NCBI GenBank assembly: GCA_964291315.2
Contig: OZ219752.1
Location: 256,001 to 320,000 of the forward strand
Length of the DNA: 64,000 nucleotides
Reading direction: 5' to 3'
Origin: Candidatus Poribacteria bacterium
GTDB lineage: Bacteria > Poribacteria > WGA-4E > WGA-3G
Positions 9,561-20,222 of this stretch are shown here, piece by piece. Made by a program: the position numbers and the translations under genes. Numbering within the stretch: the stretch's first letter is position 1; every line of letters starts with the position of its first letter. Under the pieces are notes generated by a model. It made no database searches. It saw only the letters and a list, made by a program, of their open reading frames with translations, and was not told where the DNA came from.

Positions 9561-10589
9561 CTACCGATCGTCAACCCTCTCACGAACCGCGGGGTTGTCC
9601 GGTTCTACCGGTTCCGGACGCTGATCTAGCCACCACGCGAAGACAACGACAAGACACGCAAGCGCAATTCCACTCAGGGCCATCGGGATACCTGTTGATT
9701 TTCCATCACTTGCATCAATCTGGTATTTTGCAGCAACTGCTGATGCTATCGCAGCTACGGCCATCACGAGGTTCACGAGCCATGGAACTTGACAAAGCAC
9801 CGCAATCAGCGAAACCACAGCGGTAGTCAAACTCAATTGTGCAAGGGGGTGATAAGGTGTTGCGTTAATTTTCTCATCATCGGAGCCTTCTGTGTCTCTA
9901 TGCGAAACTGGAACCGGTGCCCCTTCTTGATATGTCAGCTCAATGAGTCTAATGAATTCTGGTAGTAGCTTTTCCTCTTGAATCCACTCAAAAAGGTCAG
10001 GATATTCGTGCCGGAGAAGGATTACAAATTCTTGACGTTGGGCACTAAAATCTGTAAATTCTTCCCAATCGCTTTCTGGGACCGTGACGTATGGTTCAGG
10101 ACCGACACGAAGTTGATAGCCGTGTTCAGCAATATAGACGACGCTCCCAACCCCTTTGCGTTCAGCGATCCGTAATTCTGTCAAGTCGTCGGGATCCACC
10201 TGTTGACTCCTGTCTTCCTCGACAACAGCCATATCGCGTTGTTTAAGTGCCTGCGCTGTCGCTTCAGATCGCATTGCCATTTCGTTGTCTGTAACAGCTA
10301 CACCGATACGACTTACCAATTCCATTGCCGTTACTTCATGCTCAGGTGCCACAAGAAGCGCGGTTTCACGTTTCTCTTTTAATTCGATCGGTCTGCACCG
10401 GATCTGCTGTGCACTCAGAGTGACTTGAATCAGCTTCACTTCCCATTCATCATGGGTCCGGTGAATCTCTACCCAATCGCGAGTATTGCCGACACCTTCC
10501 CCAAATAACTGCGATACTTGCCTCAACTGGCTTTGACTCACGTGTGTATCTTGTGCTGTGCTGATTGTTTTTTTTCTTTTTTCATTCAT
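9561..10589 (-). CDS. hypothetical membrane protein with C-terminal DUF4190-like TM region
   Basis: HPLAQLSL...AKYQI....G...G..MA..GI pattern, three TM helices. Confidence 0.65.
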   Translation of the reverse strand: MNEKRKKTISTAQDTHVSQSQLRQVSQLFGEGVGNTRDWVEIHRTHDEWEVKLIQVTLSAQQIRCRPIELKEKRETALLVAPEHEVTAMELVSRIGVAVTDNEMAMRSEATAQALKQRDMAVVEEDRSQQVDPDDLTELRIAERKGVGSVVYIAEHGYQLRVGPEPYVTVPESDWEEFTDFSAQRQEFVILLRHEYPDLFEWIQEEKLLPEFIRLIELTYQEGAPVPVSHRDTEGSDDEKINATPYHPLAQLSLTTAVVSLIAVLCQVPWLVNLVMAVAAIASAVAAKYQIDASDGKSTGIPMALSGIALACLVVVFAWWLDQRPEPVEPDNPAVRERVDDR

Positions 10590-10607
10590 AATAATTCCTT
10601 TGGTATG

Positions 10608-11783
10608 TCAAGATACCGTTAACAGTTCTGTATAAACGGCCTCTGTCAAAGCAGTGTTCTTTTTGCTGTTGAAGAGTTGTGCAGCACGTCTGCGGGCGGC
10701 TTCTCCCATTGTTCTTAATCGTTCCCGGTCAGCTGCGAGGTTTGCCATGGCATCAGCAATGGTTAATGCGTCTTCTGGTGGTACTAAAATCCCTGTTTCT
10801 GGCGTGACGAGTTCTTTGCTTCCACCGAGGGGCGTAGCGATAACAGGTTTGCCTGCTGCCATGGCTTCGATAATCGTGCGCGGGCACGCTTCGGGAATAA
10901 TAGAGGGTACTAATACAATATCAATCAAACTTGTTACGATACGCGTATCGGATAAAAATCCGGTGAAGATAACAGAATTTTCAACACCTAAGTCCGCAGC
11001 TTCCTGCTTCAGTTCTTCCATATATGCAACGTCTTTTTGGAAATAGGGACCGCCCACAATCAGTAATTTAATGGATTCTTTTTTCTTAAGTTCTGCCATC
11101 GAACGCACTAAGAAGTGGATACCTTTTTCTCGTGTAATCCTTGTTACGACACCGGCGAGTGTTGCCGTATCAGTTGCATCGGAAAGGATTTCTTTTCGGA
11201 GGGTTTCTACCTCTTTCGGTGATGCCTGAAAAGCGTTTAAGTCGACACCGTTATAGATTAAGGTCTGCTTTGCTGCTGGGGCAAAATCCCAACGCGTCGC
11301 CTCTGACACCAGAATCACGCGATGGAGAAGTCGCTCACAGAAGCGGTCCAAAATACCGTAGGAGGTCGCGTAACGTTTGTGCATCAAGATAGGGATACGA
11401 TTTATTCTTGCAACAACGCCGCCTAACAGTGCCGCTGAAAGCGAATTAGCGTGAATCAGGTCAATTCTGTGTCGCTTTACCGAGCTGTGGATCTGATAAA
11501 CGACTTGCAGCTGCTGAAGATCCTCTAGTAGATCGCGAAACGTGAACCGCTTTACCTTATCAGTTTTATTATGTGCCGCGGGGAGAGACAGCGGGATGAC
11601 GCTCGCTTCTGTCTTTGCCACTTCTGCCGCAAAAGCACTCTCTCCAAGACACCCGACAAAAGGCATAAAGCGGTTCTTGTCCAGTAGGTTCAGCAAGAGT
11701 AAAAGGCTCCGTTGTCCGCCCCCGATTCCCGAACCGCTATCAAGATATAGGATGTTGGATTTCGATGTATCGGATGCTCTCAT
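10608..11783 (-). CDS. glycosyltransferase family 4
   Basis: GGGQRS, IYNGVD, EACPRTIIEAMAAGKPVIAT. Confidence 0.93.
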   Translation of the reverse strand: MRASDTSKSNILYLDSGSGIGGGQRSLLLLLNLLDKNRFMPFVGCLGESAFAAEVAKTEASVIPLSLPAAHNKTDKVKRFTFRDLLEDLQQLQVVYQIHSSVKRHRIDLIHANSLSAALLGGVVARINRIPILMHKRYATSYGILDRFCERLLHRVILVSEATRWDFAPAAKQTLIYNGVDLNAFQASPKEVETLRKEILSDATDTATLAGVVTRITREKGIHFLVRSMAELKKKESIKLLIVGGPYFQKDVAYMEELKQEAADLGVENSVIFTGFLSDTRIVTSLIDIVLVPSIIPEACPRTIIEAMAAGKPVIATPLGGSKELVTPETGILVPPEDALTIADAMANLAADRERLRTMGEAARRRAAQLFNSKKNTALTEAVYTELLTVS

Positions 11784-12243
11784 CTGCTTGGCTTCCTGAT
11801 ATCAATCTGTCCGTTTCGCTAGGCGTCCCGTGGGAAATTTTTGTTTCTGCCAACGTTATATAAATCTTTATACAGCCATCGGGCAATAGATCTGCCAACC
11901 GATCTGCCCACTCGATGATACAAATCCCGCCACCTTCTATATATTCGCTGAGTCCAAGTTCGGCGATCTCCTCGCTGTTTTCGAGTCGGTACAAATCAAT
12001 GTGATAGATCGGTACTGTTCCCCTGTATTCGTTGATTAGGATATATGAGGGGCTACTGACAATCTCACCCGGGGCGATACCTACGCCCTGTGAGATGCCT
12101 TGAGTTAGACAGGTTTTCCCGGTCCCGAGCTCTCCGATGAGGGCAATCACATCGCCTTGTTTTAGCGTTTTACCGAGTTTTTCACCGAGAGCTTGCGTTT
12201 CTTCGGGACTCTCTGTTTTAAAGATCTTGTTACTATTTTCCAT
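11740..12243 (-). CDS. tsaE: tRNA threonylcarbamoyladenosine biosynthesis ATPase
   Basis: GELGTGKT, SSPSY, HIDLYRL, IIEW. Confidence 0.95.
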   Translation of the reverse strand: MENSNKIFKTESPEETQALGEKLGKTLKQGDVIALIGELGTGKTCLTQGISQGVGIAPGEIVSSPSYILINEYRGTVPIYHIDLYRLENSEEIAELGLSEYIEGGGICIIEWADRLADLLPDGCIKIYITLAETKISHGTPSETDRLISGSQADESIRYIEIQHPIS

Positions 12244-12289
12244 TTGTCACTATGTTTGTCTGGTTTGTATCTCTGCTGTTGTTTTTAAA

Positions 12290-13846
12290 TTAGCTTCCCG
12301 CTGCGCACCTTAAAATATCTTCTTGCGTCAGATTATGATTGATAAATTCACCCGTGATTTTGCCTGCATGTAGCACCAAAATCCGATCACTCATGCCTAA
12401 GATCTCTGGCAGTTCGGAGGATACAAACACAATAGCAACGCCTTCTCGCGCAAGTTTGGCCATTAGCGTGTGGATTTCCGCTTTTGCCCGCACATCGATA
12501 CCGCGTGTCGGTTCATCAAAGAACAGCACCTTCGGACGCGTCATCAACCATTTCCCTAGAACTACCTTCTGTTGATTTCCTCCGCTCAGCTGGTCGACAG
12601 GTATATCTAGCGAGGTTGTTTTAATCTGAAGAGTATCCACATACGTTTCGCTTTTTTGATATGCAGTGTTGTCGTCGATTACGCCATAGAATACAATATC
12701 TGAGGCCGGGTCAAGACTCGCAAGCGTCAAATTACGGACAAGGTCCACATCCAAAATGAGTCCATAACGTTTTCGATCCTCGCTGACCAGTCCCATTCCG
12801 TGTTTTATTGCTTGATGTGGGGCGTGAATTTGGATATGGACCTCGTCTATAAAAACTTTCCCATGCCACTTTCCATCATAAGCCCCAAAAATAGTGCTAA
12901 TCAACTCTGTTCGCCCGGCACCCATCAAGCCCGCGATGCCAAGGATCTCCCCACGCTGGACCTCAAAGCTGACATCTTCAAGCTGCGGGGGTTGCAACGG
13001 ATAGGTGCTTAAGTTTTCTACCCGGAGTGCGACTGATCGTTGGTTTGAGGCATTTTCTCGGTTTGGGAAAAGACCGGTTAACTTTCTACCAACTATCTGC
13101 GAAATTAGTGTTTCTTCGGTGCATTCAGGGGACTCGATGGATTGCGTGGCCACCGTTTTCCCATCTCGTAGCACCGTCACTCGGTCTGCGATCTGAAATA
13201 TCTCTTTGAGCTTATGGGTGATGTAGATACAAGAGACGTTTTTTTCACGGAGTTCCATCACAATGCGCCGAAGGGCTGCGACCTCGGTTTCTGTCAGGGC
13301 AGCCGTTGGTTCGTCAAGCACGAGCAACACTGGACGACTTGATGCGCCTCGATTGGCATGCAAACTACGCCCTAACGTTTTGGCTATTTCCACGAGCTGC
13401 TGCTGACCAATACCGAGCTCGTAAACCGGACGATCCAAAGGGAGTGTCAATCCCAATTGCAAAAGGAGATGTTCGGCATCGTGATATAGACGTTGTTTAT
13501 CTATGATACCAAACCGTTGTGGCTCCTTGCCGAGATAAATGTTCTCAGCGGCTGTCATCTCTGGAATCAACGCTAATTCTTGATGAATAACGGCAATACC
13601 GGCATGTTCCGCGTCCCGCACTGTGTGGAATCTTTGTTCGATGCCATCAATCCGAAATTGCCCATCGTAAGTGCCAGACGGATAAACGCCTCCGAGAATT
13701 TTAATCAGCGTCGATTTACCGGCCCCGTTTTCTCCACAGAGGGCATGAATTTCACCACGACGGACTTCAAAAGAGACGTTGTCTAAAGCGCGCACTCCCG
13801 GAAATTCTTTTGTAATTGCTTGCATGTCGAGGAACGGGGGTGTCAC
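12290..13846 (-). CDS. sugar ABC transporter ATP-binding protein (XylG/RbsA type)
   Basis: GENGAGKST, LDEPT, LSGGNQQK, DEPTRGID. Confidence 0.95.
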   Translation of the reverse strand: MTPPFLDMQAITKEFPGVRALDNVSFEVRRGEIHALCGENGAGKSTLIKILGGVYPSGTYDGQFRIDGIEQRFHTVRDAEHAGIAVIHQELALIPEMTAAENIYLGKEPQRFGIIDKQRLYHDAEHLLLQLGLTLPLDRPVYELGIGQQQLVEIAKTLGRSLHANRGASSRPVLLVLDEPTAALTETEVAALRRIVMELREKNVSCIYITHKLKEIFQIADRVTVLRDGKTVATQSIESPECTEETLISQIVGRKLTGLFPNRENASNQRSVALRVENLSTYPLQPPQLEDVSFEVQRGEILGIAGLMGAGRTELISTIFGAYDGKWHGKVFIDEVHIQIHAPHQAIKHGMGLVSEDRKRYGLILDVDLVRNLTLASLDPASDIVFYGVIDDNTAYQKSETYVDTLQIKTTSLDIPVDQLSGGNQQKVVLGKWLMTRPKVLFFDEPTRGIDVRAKAEIHTLMAKLAREGVAIVFVSSELPEILGMSDRILVLHAGKITGEFINHNLTQEDILRCAAGS

Positions 13847-14101
13847 GGTTTGTTGGTCCTTAGGATACGCAATTTTCGGTTATTATAGCAGACGTGGAAA
13901 CGGAGATCAAGTTTTTTGTCAGAGCCGGTTCTCTGTCGGTAGACAAAATCTCCTAACCCGGCCGGTCGGTTCTAACAAAACAGTCACCGGAGGCCGGCAA
14001 CCAAATTCAGACGATGGACGCTTGGTGATCCAGTCATTTATCATATCTATTTATTAAAACTGCTCCTCGGACGATGGCAGATGTAGACAGGCCCTGGCAC
14101 C

Positions 14102-14205
14102 TTGCTTTTGTTCTTGAAATGTGTTAAGATATAGGTAACCTATAGAAAGTATCTGAGAGATTCTTCTTGTAATGACCCCCATAGAGGTTTCCGTAGGTTA
14201 CCTAC
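14102..14205 (+). promoter_or_regulatory. sigma70 promoter with two palindromic operators
   Basis: TTGCTT-17-TAAGAT; ATAGGTAACCTAT (14131-14143) and GTAGGTTACCTAC (14193-14205). Confidence 0.6.
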
Positions 14206-14324
14206 TTGAACTGCATTAGTTGGTTTTTGTGCAAGCGAAGCAATGTTAGCACGACTCACAGCGGAATTTGACTAGCGAAAGATGGTAGACGATGTCAAAA
14301 ACCACTCTCCTTGTAAAAAATAAT

Positions 14325-14353
14325 TTGATTTTTGTTCTTAAATATGTTATCAT
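14325..14353 (+). promoter_or_regulatory. second, near-duplicate sigma70 promoter
   Basis: TTGATT-17-TATCAT with a spacer similar to that at 14102. Confidence 0.55.
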
Positions 14354-14672
14354 ATATATTGTAGTAATGGCTTTTTTCAGGGAATCTAAGCCACCAAAAT
14401 CGATTCTGAATTTTACAAGAACTTAACAACGAAAATTGAAGGAAAGTTTGATTTCACGAACAGTTTGAAAACGAACAAACCTTATCAAGTGTGACTGTCG
14501 CATATATCTATTAGGTTTGTAGCACTTCCACATAAGCCTTGGTGAAAAATATTGCCCAACTGTCCACGAAACTTCTGGAAAATTCAGAAGTTCTGGATAC
14601 TACACAGTGCTTTTTTCTATGTCAAAAGATACGTTATACCAATTTGTGCCTATTTGAGAATCGGAGGACACT

Positions 14673-15536
14673 ATGGGTGAAGAAAAAAAGAAAGAAATGG
14701 TGCCTGTTACCGCCGAATACGAAGTCGTTGATCAAGTCGATGACCAGGCGATCATTGAGTTAATGACAGGGCAGACGATCCAGGATTACGTCTATTCTTT
14801 TAAACAGGGCGGACGCACGGTTGAGGGGTTAACCTTAGCAGGTATTAACGAGGCAGCCAATCGCCGTGGCGGTATCCAGATCGAAGAAGTTAAATACGAA
14901 GAGCGCGAACATTCTTGGATCGCGACTGCTAAGGCGATTGATACAATTACGGGATCATCTCGCTATGGGGCGTATGAGCAACCGAAAATGATAGGGAGTC
15001 GTCCTGACCCCTTTGCTTTCACCAAGGCAATCCATAAGGCACAGCGGAACGCCATAAAACAGTTAATACCTGTTCCGGTTATCCGTGAGGTGTTGAATTT
15101 CTATCTCCATCGGAAAGCTGGAGGCGGTAACGCTCTGCCCCAATCGCAAGCACAACAGAGCGGTGGGAATATCACTAATGCCCAAAAAGCCGCCTTTGCT
15201 ATCGCTAGCAACCTTGCAGGCCCCCTTGAAAAGAAAAGCATTACGAAGGCGGATCTCTGGAATTATATCAAACGTAGATACAGTGTAGAGTCTCGAAACG
15301 ATATGAGCGAGATGCAATGGACCCAGCTCTCTGCTGAACTCAAAGCAGCGGAAACCGCCCCGCAATTGTTTGATGAGCTCTGTGAGCGCATTAAACAGCT
15401 CACTGCCGCCGCCGAAGAGAGTGAAGTCTCAGCGCCTGAGGCATCAGCAGATCCAGAAACAACATCTGCCAACGATACACAAGTAGAAACTAAGGACGCG
15501 CAGCAGGAAACTACAAAGGGTTCTGCCCCTTTTTAG
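14673..15536 (+). CDS. hypothetical protein, possible single-strand annealing protein (Rad52/RecT-like)
   Basis: GGAGG RBS; beta-rich core ending AFTKAIHKAQRNAIKQLIP, linker, small helical domain, acidic tail. Confidence 0.55.
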   Translation: MGEEKKKEMVPVTAEYEVVDQVDDQAIIELMTGQTIQDYVYSFKQGGRTVEGLTLAGINEAANRRGGIQIEEVKYEEREHSWIATAKAIDTITGSSRYGAYEQPKMIGSRPDPFAFTKAIHKAQRNAIKQLIPVPVIREVLNFYLHRKAGGGNALPQSQAQQSGGNITNAQKAAFAIASNLAGPLEKKSITKADLWNYIKRRYSVESRNDMSEMQWTQLSAELKAAETAPQLFDELCERIKQLTAAAEESEVSAPEASADPETTSANDTQVETKDAQQETTKGSAPF

Positions 15537-16468
15537 TCCGTTCTGTTCTTTCTAACAGTATCCGCTGCGTCGATGAGTTTAAACTCAGCCGACAGATATT
15601 CTCTGCTCCGCACAGCATCTTGCAGCGAATGTGCAGTTGGTGTATTCTCAAGAAGTAGGTCACCCCTATACTGCTGCCTTTTCAGATGTTTGGCAATCGA
15701 TCGAAAGTCTACAAACCCATCGCTTACTTCTGAGAGGACCCCCGCTTCTGTCTTCTGTTTGAAGTGCACCGATGTGAGATCTGTCATTTTGACGGACTTC
15801 CAGAATTCGTCTGGAGGATTCACAGTTGTTCCATCGGCGCGGTAGGTATTGCTCTCGTCATACGTCAATTTCGCACCACCGGCAACTGCTAATTTCAAAG
15901 TTAACGTGGCAGTTTGCCTTGCATTTTCTACTGCAAAGGTCATCGGATAGTCCGGGAGCAGGTCGTTGTAATGTTTTAAGTTGGCGATCGCAGCGGATTC
16001 GTCAATGTTTCCTTCGCTTTCGAGATCAACGAGGCGCAACCGTGGCCGTGCCGGGCAAAGTAGATACGCCAATTTCTTTGCACGCACAATCTCTTGGTTA
16101 TCTGCCTTTCTGTCTTTTGGAGATGAGAGCCAAGGGTGCGACATGGCGTAACTCAAGGTGAGCCCGGACGCTTTTTCAGCGAAGGAGGCAATCGTTTCGA
16201 AAAGCATGGAATGATTCGTTTCGTGAACTTTTCCGCTCCAAACAGCGTCGCAGATCGTTCTGAATTCGGCATCGGCGTATATAGGTATTACTGATTCGAG
16301 TTGTTGGATCATCACTCCAAATTCGGAATTCCGGAGGTAATCGCCTTCACGTACCTCCATATCCTTAAACCCATTTGCACCGAATGCCATCATCAGTTCA
16401 TCAAACGTGGTACCGTTGGTCATCTCTTCAGACCAGATATTCGTTACAATTCCGAGTTTTTCAAACAT
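15533..16468 (-). CDS. xylose-isomerase-like TIM barrel protein
   Basis: VENA, TYDESN, HFKQ, LLEN motifs. Confidence 0.7.
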   Translation of the reverse strand: MFEKLGIVTNIWSEEMTNGTTFDELMMAFGANGFKDMEVREGDYLRNSEFGVMIQQLESVIPIYADAEFRTICDAVWSGKVHETNHSMLFETIASFAEKASGLTLSYAMSHPWLSSPKDRKADNQEIVRAKKLAYLLCPARPRLRLVDLESEGNIDESAAIANLKHYNDLLPDYPMTFAVENARQTATLTLKLAVAGGAKLTYDESNTYRADGTTVNPPDEFWKSVKMTDLTSVHFKQKTEAGVLSEVSDGFVDFRSIAKHLKRQQYRGDLLLENTPTAHSLQDAVRSREYLSAEFKLIDAADTVRKNRTD

Positions 16469-16551
16469 TTTGACATCCTTTTCTTCATAGGGTATGAGAT
16501 ATACAGCAAAGAGTGTAGTATGTTTTTAAGGAGCCTCAACAGGGAAGACGT

Positions 16552-17229
16552 ATGGCACAAACCAGAAAATTTACAGATGAACTCAGACACGCTGCAGCAC
16601 CGATTTGGGAAGCCGATCTTAAACACCCTTTCGTTCGCGGTATTGCTGACGGCACGCTCCCCACAGAGAAGTTCACGTTCTACCTCATTCAGGACTATCT
16701 TTTTCTCTTAGAATATAGTCGTGTGTTCGCGCACGGTGTTATCAAAGCGTCCGATGAAGCAACAATGGCGATGTTCGCGCGTCTCCTCGATGAAACGCTG
16801 AACACCGAGATGGATTTGCATCGGGGATATTGCGCGAAATTCGGACTCTCCGTCGCCGAGATGGAAACCGCCTCGGTTGCCCCTACAACGCATGCCTACA
16901 CCCGACATATTCTCAATGTAGCCGAAGCCGGTACGTTGGCAGATCTCGTCGCCGGTGTGTTGCCATGTCAGTGGGGCTATGCCGAAATCGGAACGACACT
17001 TGCCGAACAAGGGGGTTCACCGGAGCCTCTTTATCAGGAATGGATCGATATGTACGCCTCGCCTGAATTTCTCTCATTAGGCAAGTCGCTACGCCGGTTA
17101 CTCAACAATCTGACAGTGGAGTGCAGTCGTTCGGAAAAAGCGCGAATTAAAAACTGCTTCTTGATGAGCAGTCGGTATGAATACCTCTTTTGGGAAATGG
17201 CTTACACAGAAGAAGAATGGAAGATTTAG
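16552..17229 (+). CDS. tenA: thiaminase II
   Basis: HPFV, YLIQDY, LPCQWGY, YEYLFW. Confidence 0.93.
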   Translation: MAQTRKFTDELRHAAAPIWEADLKHPFVRGIADGTLPTEKFTFYLIQDYLFLLEYSRVFAHGVIKASDEATMAMFARLLDETLNTEMDLHRGYCAKFGLSVAEMETASVAPTTHAYTRHILNVAEAGTLADLVAGVLPCQWGYAEIGTTLAEQGGSPEPLYQEWIDMYASPEFLSLGKSLRRLLNNLTVECSRSEKARIKNCFLMSSRYEYLFWEMAYTEEEWKI

Positions 17230-17231
17230 TC

Positions 17232-19055
17232 TCACAATGGCACTGCGACATGAAATATACTCCCTTGTCCTAAAGTGCTGTCCAGCCATATGCGTCCGTT
17301 ATGACGGAGTACAATGTGCTTTGCAATCGCTAGCCCTAAACCGGTCCCCCCTATCTCTTGGGCGCGTCCCTTATCTACCCGATAGAACCGCTCAAACACG
17401 CGAGGTTGCGACTCCATAGGGATGCCGATTCCTGTATCTTGTACATGCACGATAATTTCTTCAGAGGTTAAAATAGACTTTTCGAATACCCGGCTCGCGT
17501 CGATCTCCGCTGAAACCGTAATGGTACCTCCGTCTGGGGTATATTTAATCGCATTGTCAATCAGGTTTACCAAAACCTGCATAAACAATTGTTGGTCTAC
17601 ATTAACCTCCGGAAGCTCATCGGGAATATCCCATTTCAAAACTAATCCCGACTCCTCTATTAGGGGTTCGAATACTTCTAAAACAGGTTCATGAAAAGTA
17701 TTGAGGTGACAAGGTGCTCGTTCCAATTCTACATCGCCCAATTCAAGCCGAGATAATTCTAACAGTTCCGAAACTAATCTTGAGAGTCGGGCTGAATGAT
17801 TGAGGATTTTCACGAGAAATTTTTCTTTTGTTTTTGCTTGAACAGTATCTTCACTGAGTAAGGTTTCGGCGTAGCCTCGGATAGCTGTAAGCGGTGTGCG
17901 GAGTTCATGTGAGACATTCGCCACAAAATCAGCGCGGATACGTTCCAATTGCCGTTCCTTCGTAACATCATGGATAACAATGACATATTCTTGGCCGGCA
18001 GAGACAGGTACGATAGTGACTTCTGCTTCTGGTTCATGTAGGTTCCCGAGTTGAATTTCTGCGAACGCCACGTTTTCTGTCTGTTCTGCTTTTTTTAAGA
18101 GCGTGTGGAGTTCCGGGATCCGATTGATTTCAATCAATGCTTTACCGATATAGTCGTCCGGAAGTTCCAACATAGAGACCGCCCTAGAGTTGGCGTAGGT
18201 AATTTCGGACATCCCATTCAGAAGTAGCACTCCTTCGCCCATGTTGGTTAAAATAGTTTCGGAACGTCGGTGTTCTTCAGAGATTTTGTCGATCTGTTCC
18301 TGCAACCTATCCGCCATCACGTTAAAGTTCTGGGAGAGTTGCCCCAATTCATTTCTCGAATCAACCGGCACACGCGAATTTATATTGCCAGCAGCAAAGG
18401 ATTGCGTCATCTGTGTTAGTTTCTCAATAGGTTCTATAATCGCCCCCGTGCTCAGAACGCTGAATACAATAGCGAGAACTAGACCCGCCAGACTTGCAAT
18501 GAGGACCGTCCGCCGGAGGTTATCAATTGCTGTATTGACGGCTTTCATCGGAAGGGCGACGCGGCAAATACCGATCAAGGTCTCTTCTCCATTTGATGAA
18601 TTTTCAGTACCAGTATTGCGATATACTGGCATCGCGAAGTAACGAAATTCTGTCTGTGTTGTCTCGCTGTATCTGTCCCGAATACCTCTCCCGTTTCTAA
18701 GGGCCTCTTGAATCTCTGGGCGTGTGAGGTGATTGTCCATCGCTTGTAGTGCTTCTCCATCTCGTTCTGTATCGCCCCAGACGGTTCCATCTATACCGAT
18801 GAAGGTTAGTCGAGCCTCTTCCATCTTTCCGAGTCTATCTACAAAGGAATCTATTGCATCGTAACTAAAGTTATCTTCGGCCGGGAGTTTTTCGATGAAG
18901 AGCTCTGTTGTAAGTGCTGCCTGAATTTCCAATTCACTGGTAATTCGTTTGCTCATTGAGTCTTTGAGCATGGCTCCCAGATAGAAATACAGGGCAAGCA
19001 TTACCAAGAGCACAATTCCTATATACCTGAGCGTCTGTTGTGTACGGATGTTCAT
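17232..19055 (-). CDS. PhoR-like sensor histidine kinase (HAMP, PAS, HisKA, HATPase)
   Basis: DFVANVSHELRTP, NLIDNAIKY, FERFYRVDK, GTGLGL. Confidence 0.92.
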   Translation of the reverse strand: MNIRTQQTLRYIGIVLLVMLALYFYLGAMLKDSMSKRITSELEIQAALTTELFIEKLPAEDNFSYDAIDSFVDRLGKMEEARLTFIGIDGTVWGDTERDGEALQAMDNHLTRPEIQEALRNGRGIRDRYSETTQTEFRYFAMPVYRNTGTENSSNGEETLIGICRVALPMKAVNTAIDNLRRTVLIASLAGLVLAIVFSVLSTGAIIEPIEKLTQMTQSFAAGNINSRVPVDSRNELGQLSQNFNVMADRLQEQIDKISEEHRRSETILTNMGEGVLLLNGMSEITYANSRAVSMLELPDDYIGKALIEINRIPELHTLLKKAEQTENVAFAEIQLGNLHEPEAEVTIVPVSAGQEYVIVIHDVTKERQLERIRADFVANVSHELRTPLTAIRGYAETLLSEDTVQAKTKEKFLVKILNHSARLSRLVSELLELSRLELGDVELERAPCHLNTFHEPVLEVFEPLIEESGLVLKWDIPDELPEVNVDQQLFMQVLVNLIDNAIKYTPDGGTITVSAEIDASRVFEKSILTSEEIIVHVQDTGIGIPMESQPRVFERFYRVDKGRAQEIGGTGLGLAIAKHIVLRHNGRIWLDSTLGQGSIFHVAVPL

Positions 19056-19322
19056 TTGCTTCCATGTAGTACTTCTGCATCATCTATCTCCTATCCGGTT
19101 TTGAATCTATTAGCGGATAAGCAAGCCGATGTTCAAAAGTCAAATTTTAACACAATGATAGCACGTTTCAATGTGCCTTGCAAATCTAAATTTATGGAGC
19201 TTGACATCTGAATCGGATTCTGCTAAACTGAATACTTTAAAACTAACGGATAGTCTATACTGCATTCCTTGTGAGTTTGTATTTGTAAGAAAGACTGTAA
19301 TTACTCCCGATAGGAGACATTC

Positions 19323-20222
19323 ATGAATATCCGCCTTGAAGGCATTTTTTCCCCTACAATAACGCCGCTTGATGAAAAGGAACGCGTCGATGAACTCGGG
19401 TTCGTTAACCAACTCAACCGCTTGATTAACAACGGTATTCACGGTATCTATCTGTTGGGAACCTCGGGCGAATTTACAACACTAACCGATACAGAGCGGG
19501 AACGCGCAATGGATATCGCTGTTAAAACTGTCGGTGATCGCGTCCCAATTATCTGTGGTGTAATGGACACAAGCACCCAGCGCGTCATCCAAAACATTGA
19601 AACCGCTGCACAGTTCGGTGTTGATGCCGTTGCAGCAACACCGGGTTACTACTATCCCTCCACCGATGATGCGGACCTGATTCAGTTCTATCACGCTGTT
19701 GCTGCGAGCACAGAGCTTCCTGTTTTTATTTACAATATTCCGGCAACCGTCAAAACAGCAATCAAACCGCAAGTTGTTGCTCAACTCGCTGAGGATTGCG
19801 ATAACATCGTTGGTATCAAAGATAGTTCTGGCGACTGGACGAACTGTCTCAGTCTCTTGGATTTACTCGGGGACCGAACAGATTTTGCTGTCATGCTTGG
19901 TTCGCACACTGCGATTGGTGCAGCCTTGCTATTCGGTGCGGATGGCGGAGTCATTTCTATTTCAAACGTCGCTCCTAAGGAGTCCGTCGCACTCTACAAC
20001 GCTGCGAAAGCCCGCGATATTGATGAAGTCCACCGATTGCAGAGGGTATTGCTCAGGCTCAGCAAAATGTATACGTATGGCCAAGGGGTCAGTGGCATGA
20101 AGGCGTGCTTAGAAATCCTAGGGGTCTGTAACGCGTACACGACGAGTCCCCTGCTGGCTCTCAACGATACAGCGAAGGCTGAACTTCAACAATTACTGAG
20201 GGAAGAGGGAATTCTCGAGTGA
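19323..20222 (+). CDS. dihydrodipicolinate synthase (DapA) family aldolase
   Basis: GTSGE, YNIP, GIKDSSG. Confidence 0.92.
   Translation: MNIRLEGIFSPTITPLDEKERVDELGFVNQLNRLINNGIHGIYLLGTSGEFTTLTDTERERAMDIAVKTVGDRVPIICGVMDTSTQRVIQNIETAAQFGVDAVAATPGYYYPSTDDADLIQFYHAVAASTELPVFIYNIPATVKTAIKPQVVAQLAEDCDNIVGIKDSSGDWTNCLSLLDLLGDRTDFAVMLGSHTAIGAALLFGADGGVISISNVAPKESVALYNAAKARDIDEVHRLQRVLLRLSKMYTYGQGVSGMKACLEILGVCNAYTTSPLLALNDTAKAELQQLLREEGILE

Noticed and set aside
14150-14215. Possible TPP riboswitch (CTGAGA...GACCC), given tenA and yjbQ in the window
   Set aside because: Lacks the AACCTGA..TAATGCC..GGGA core and is not upstream of a thiamine gene.
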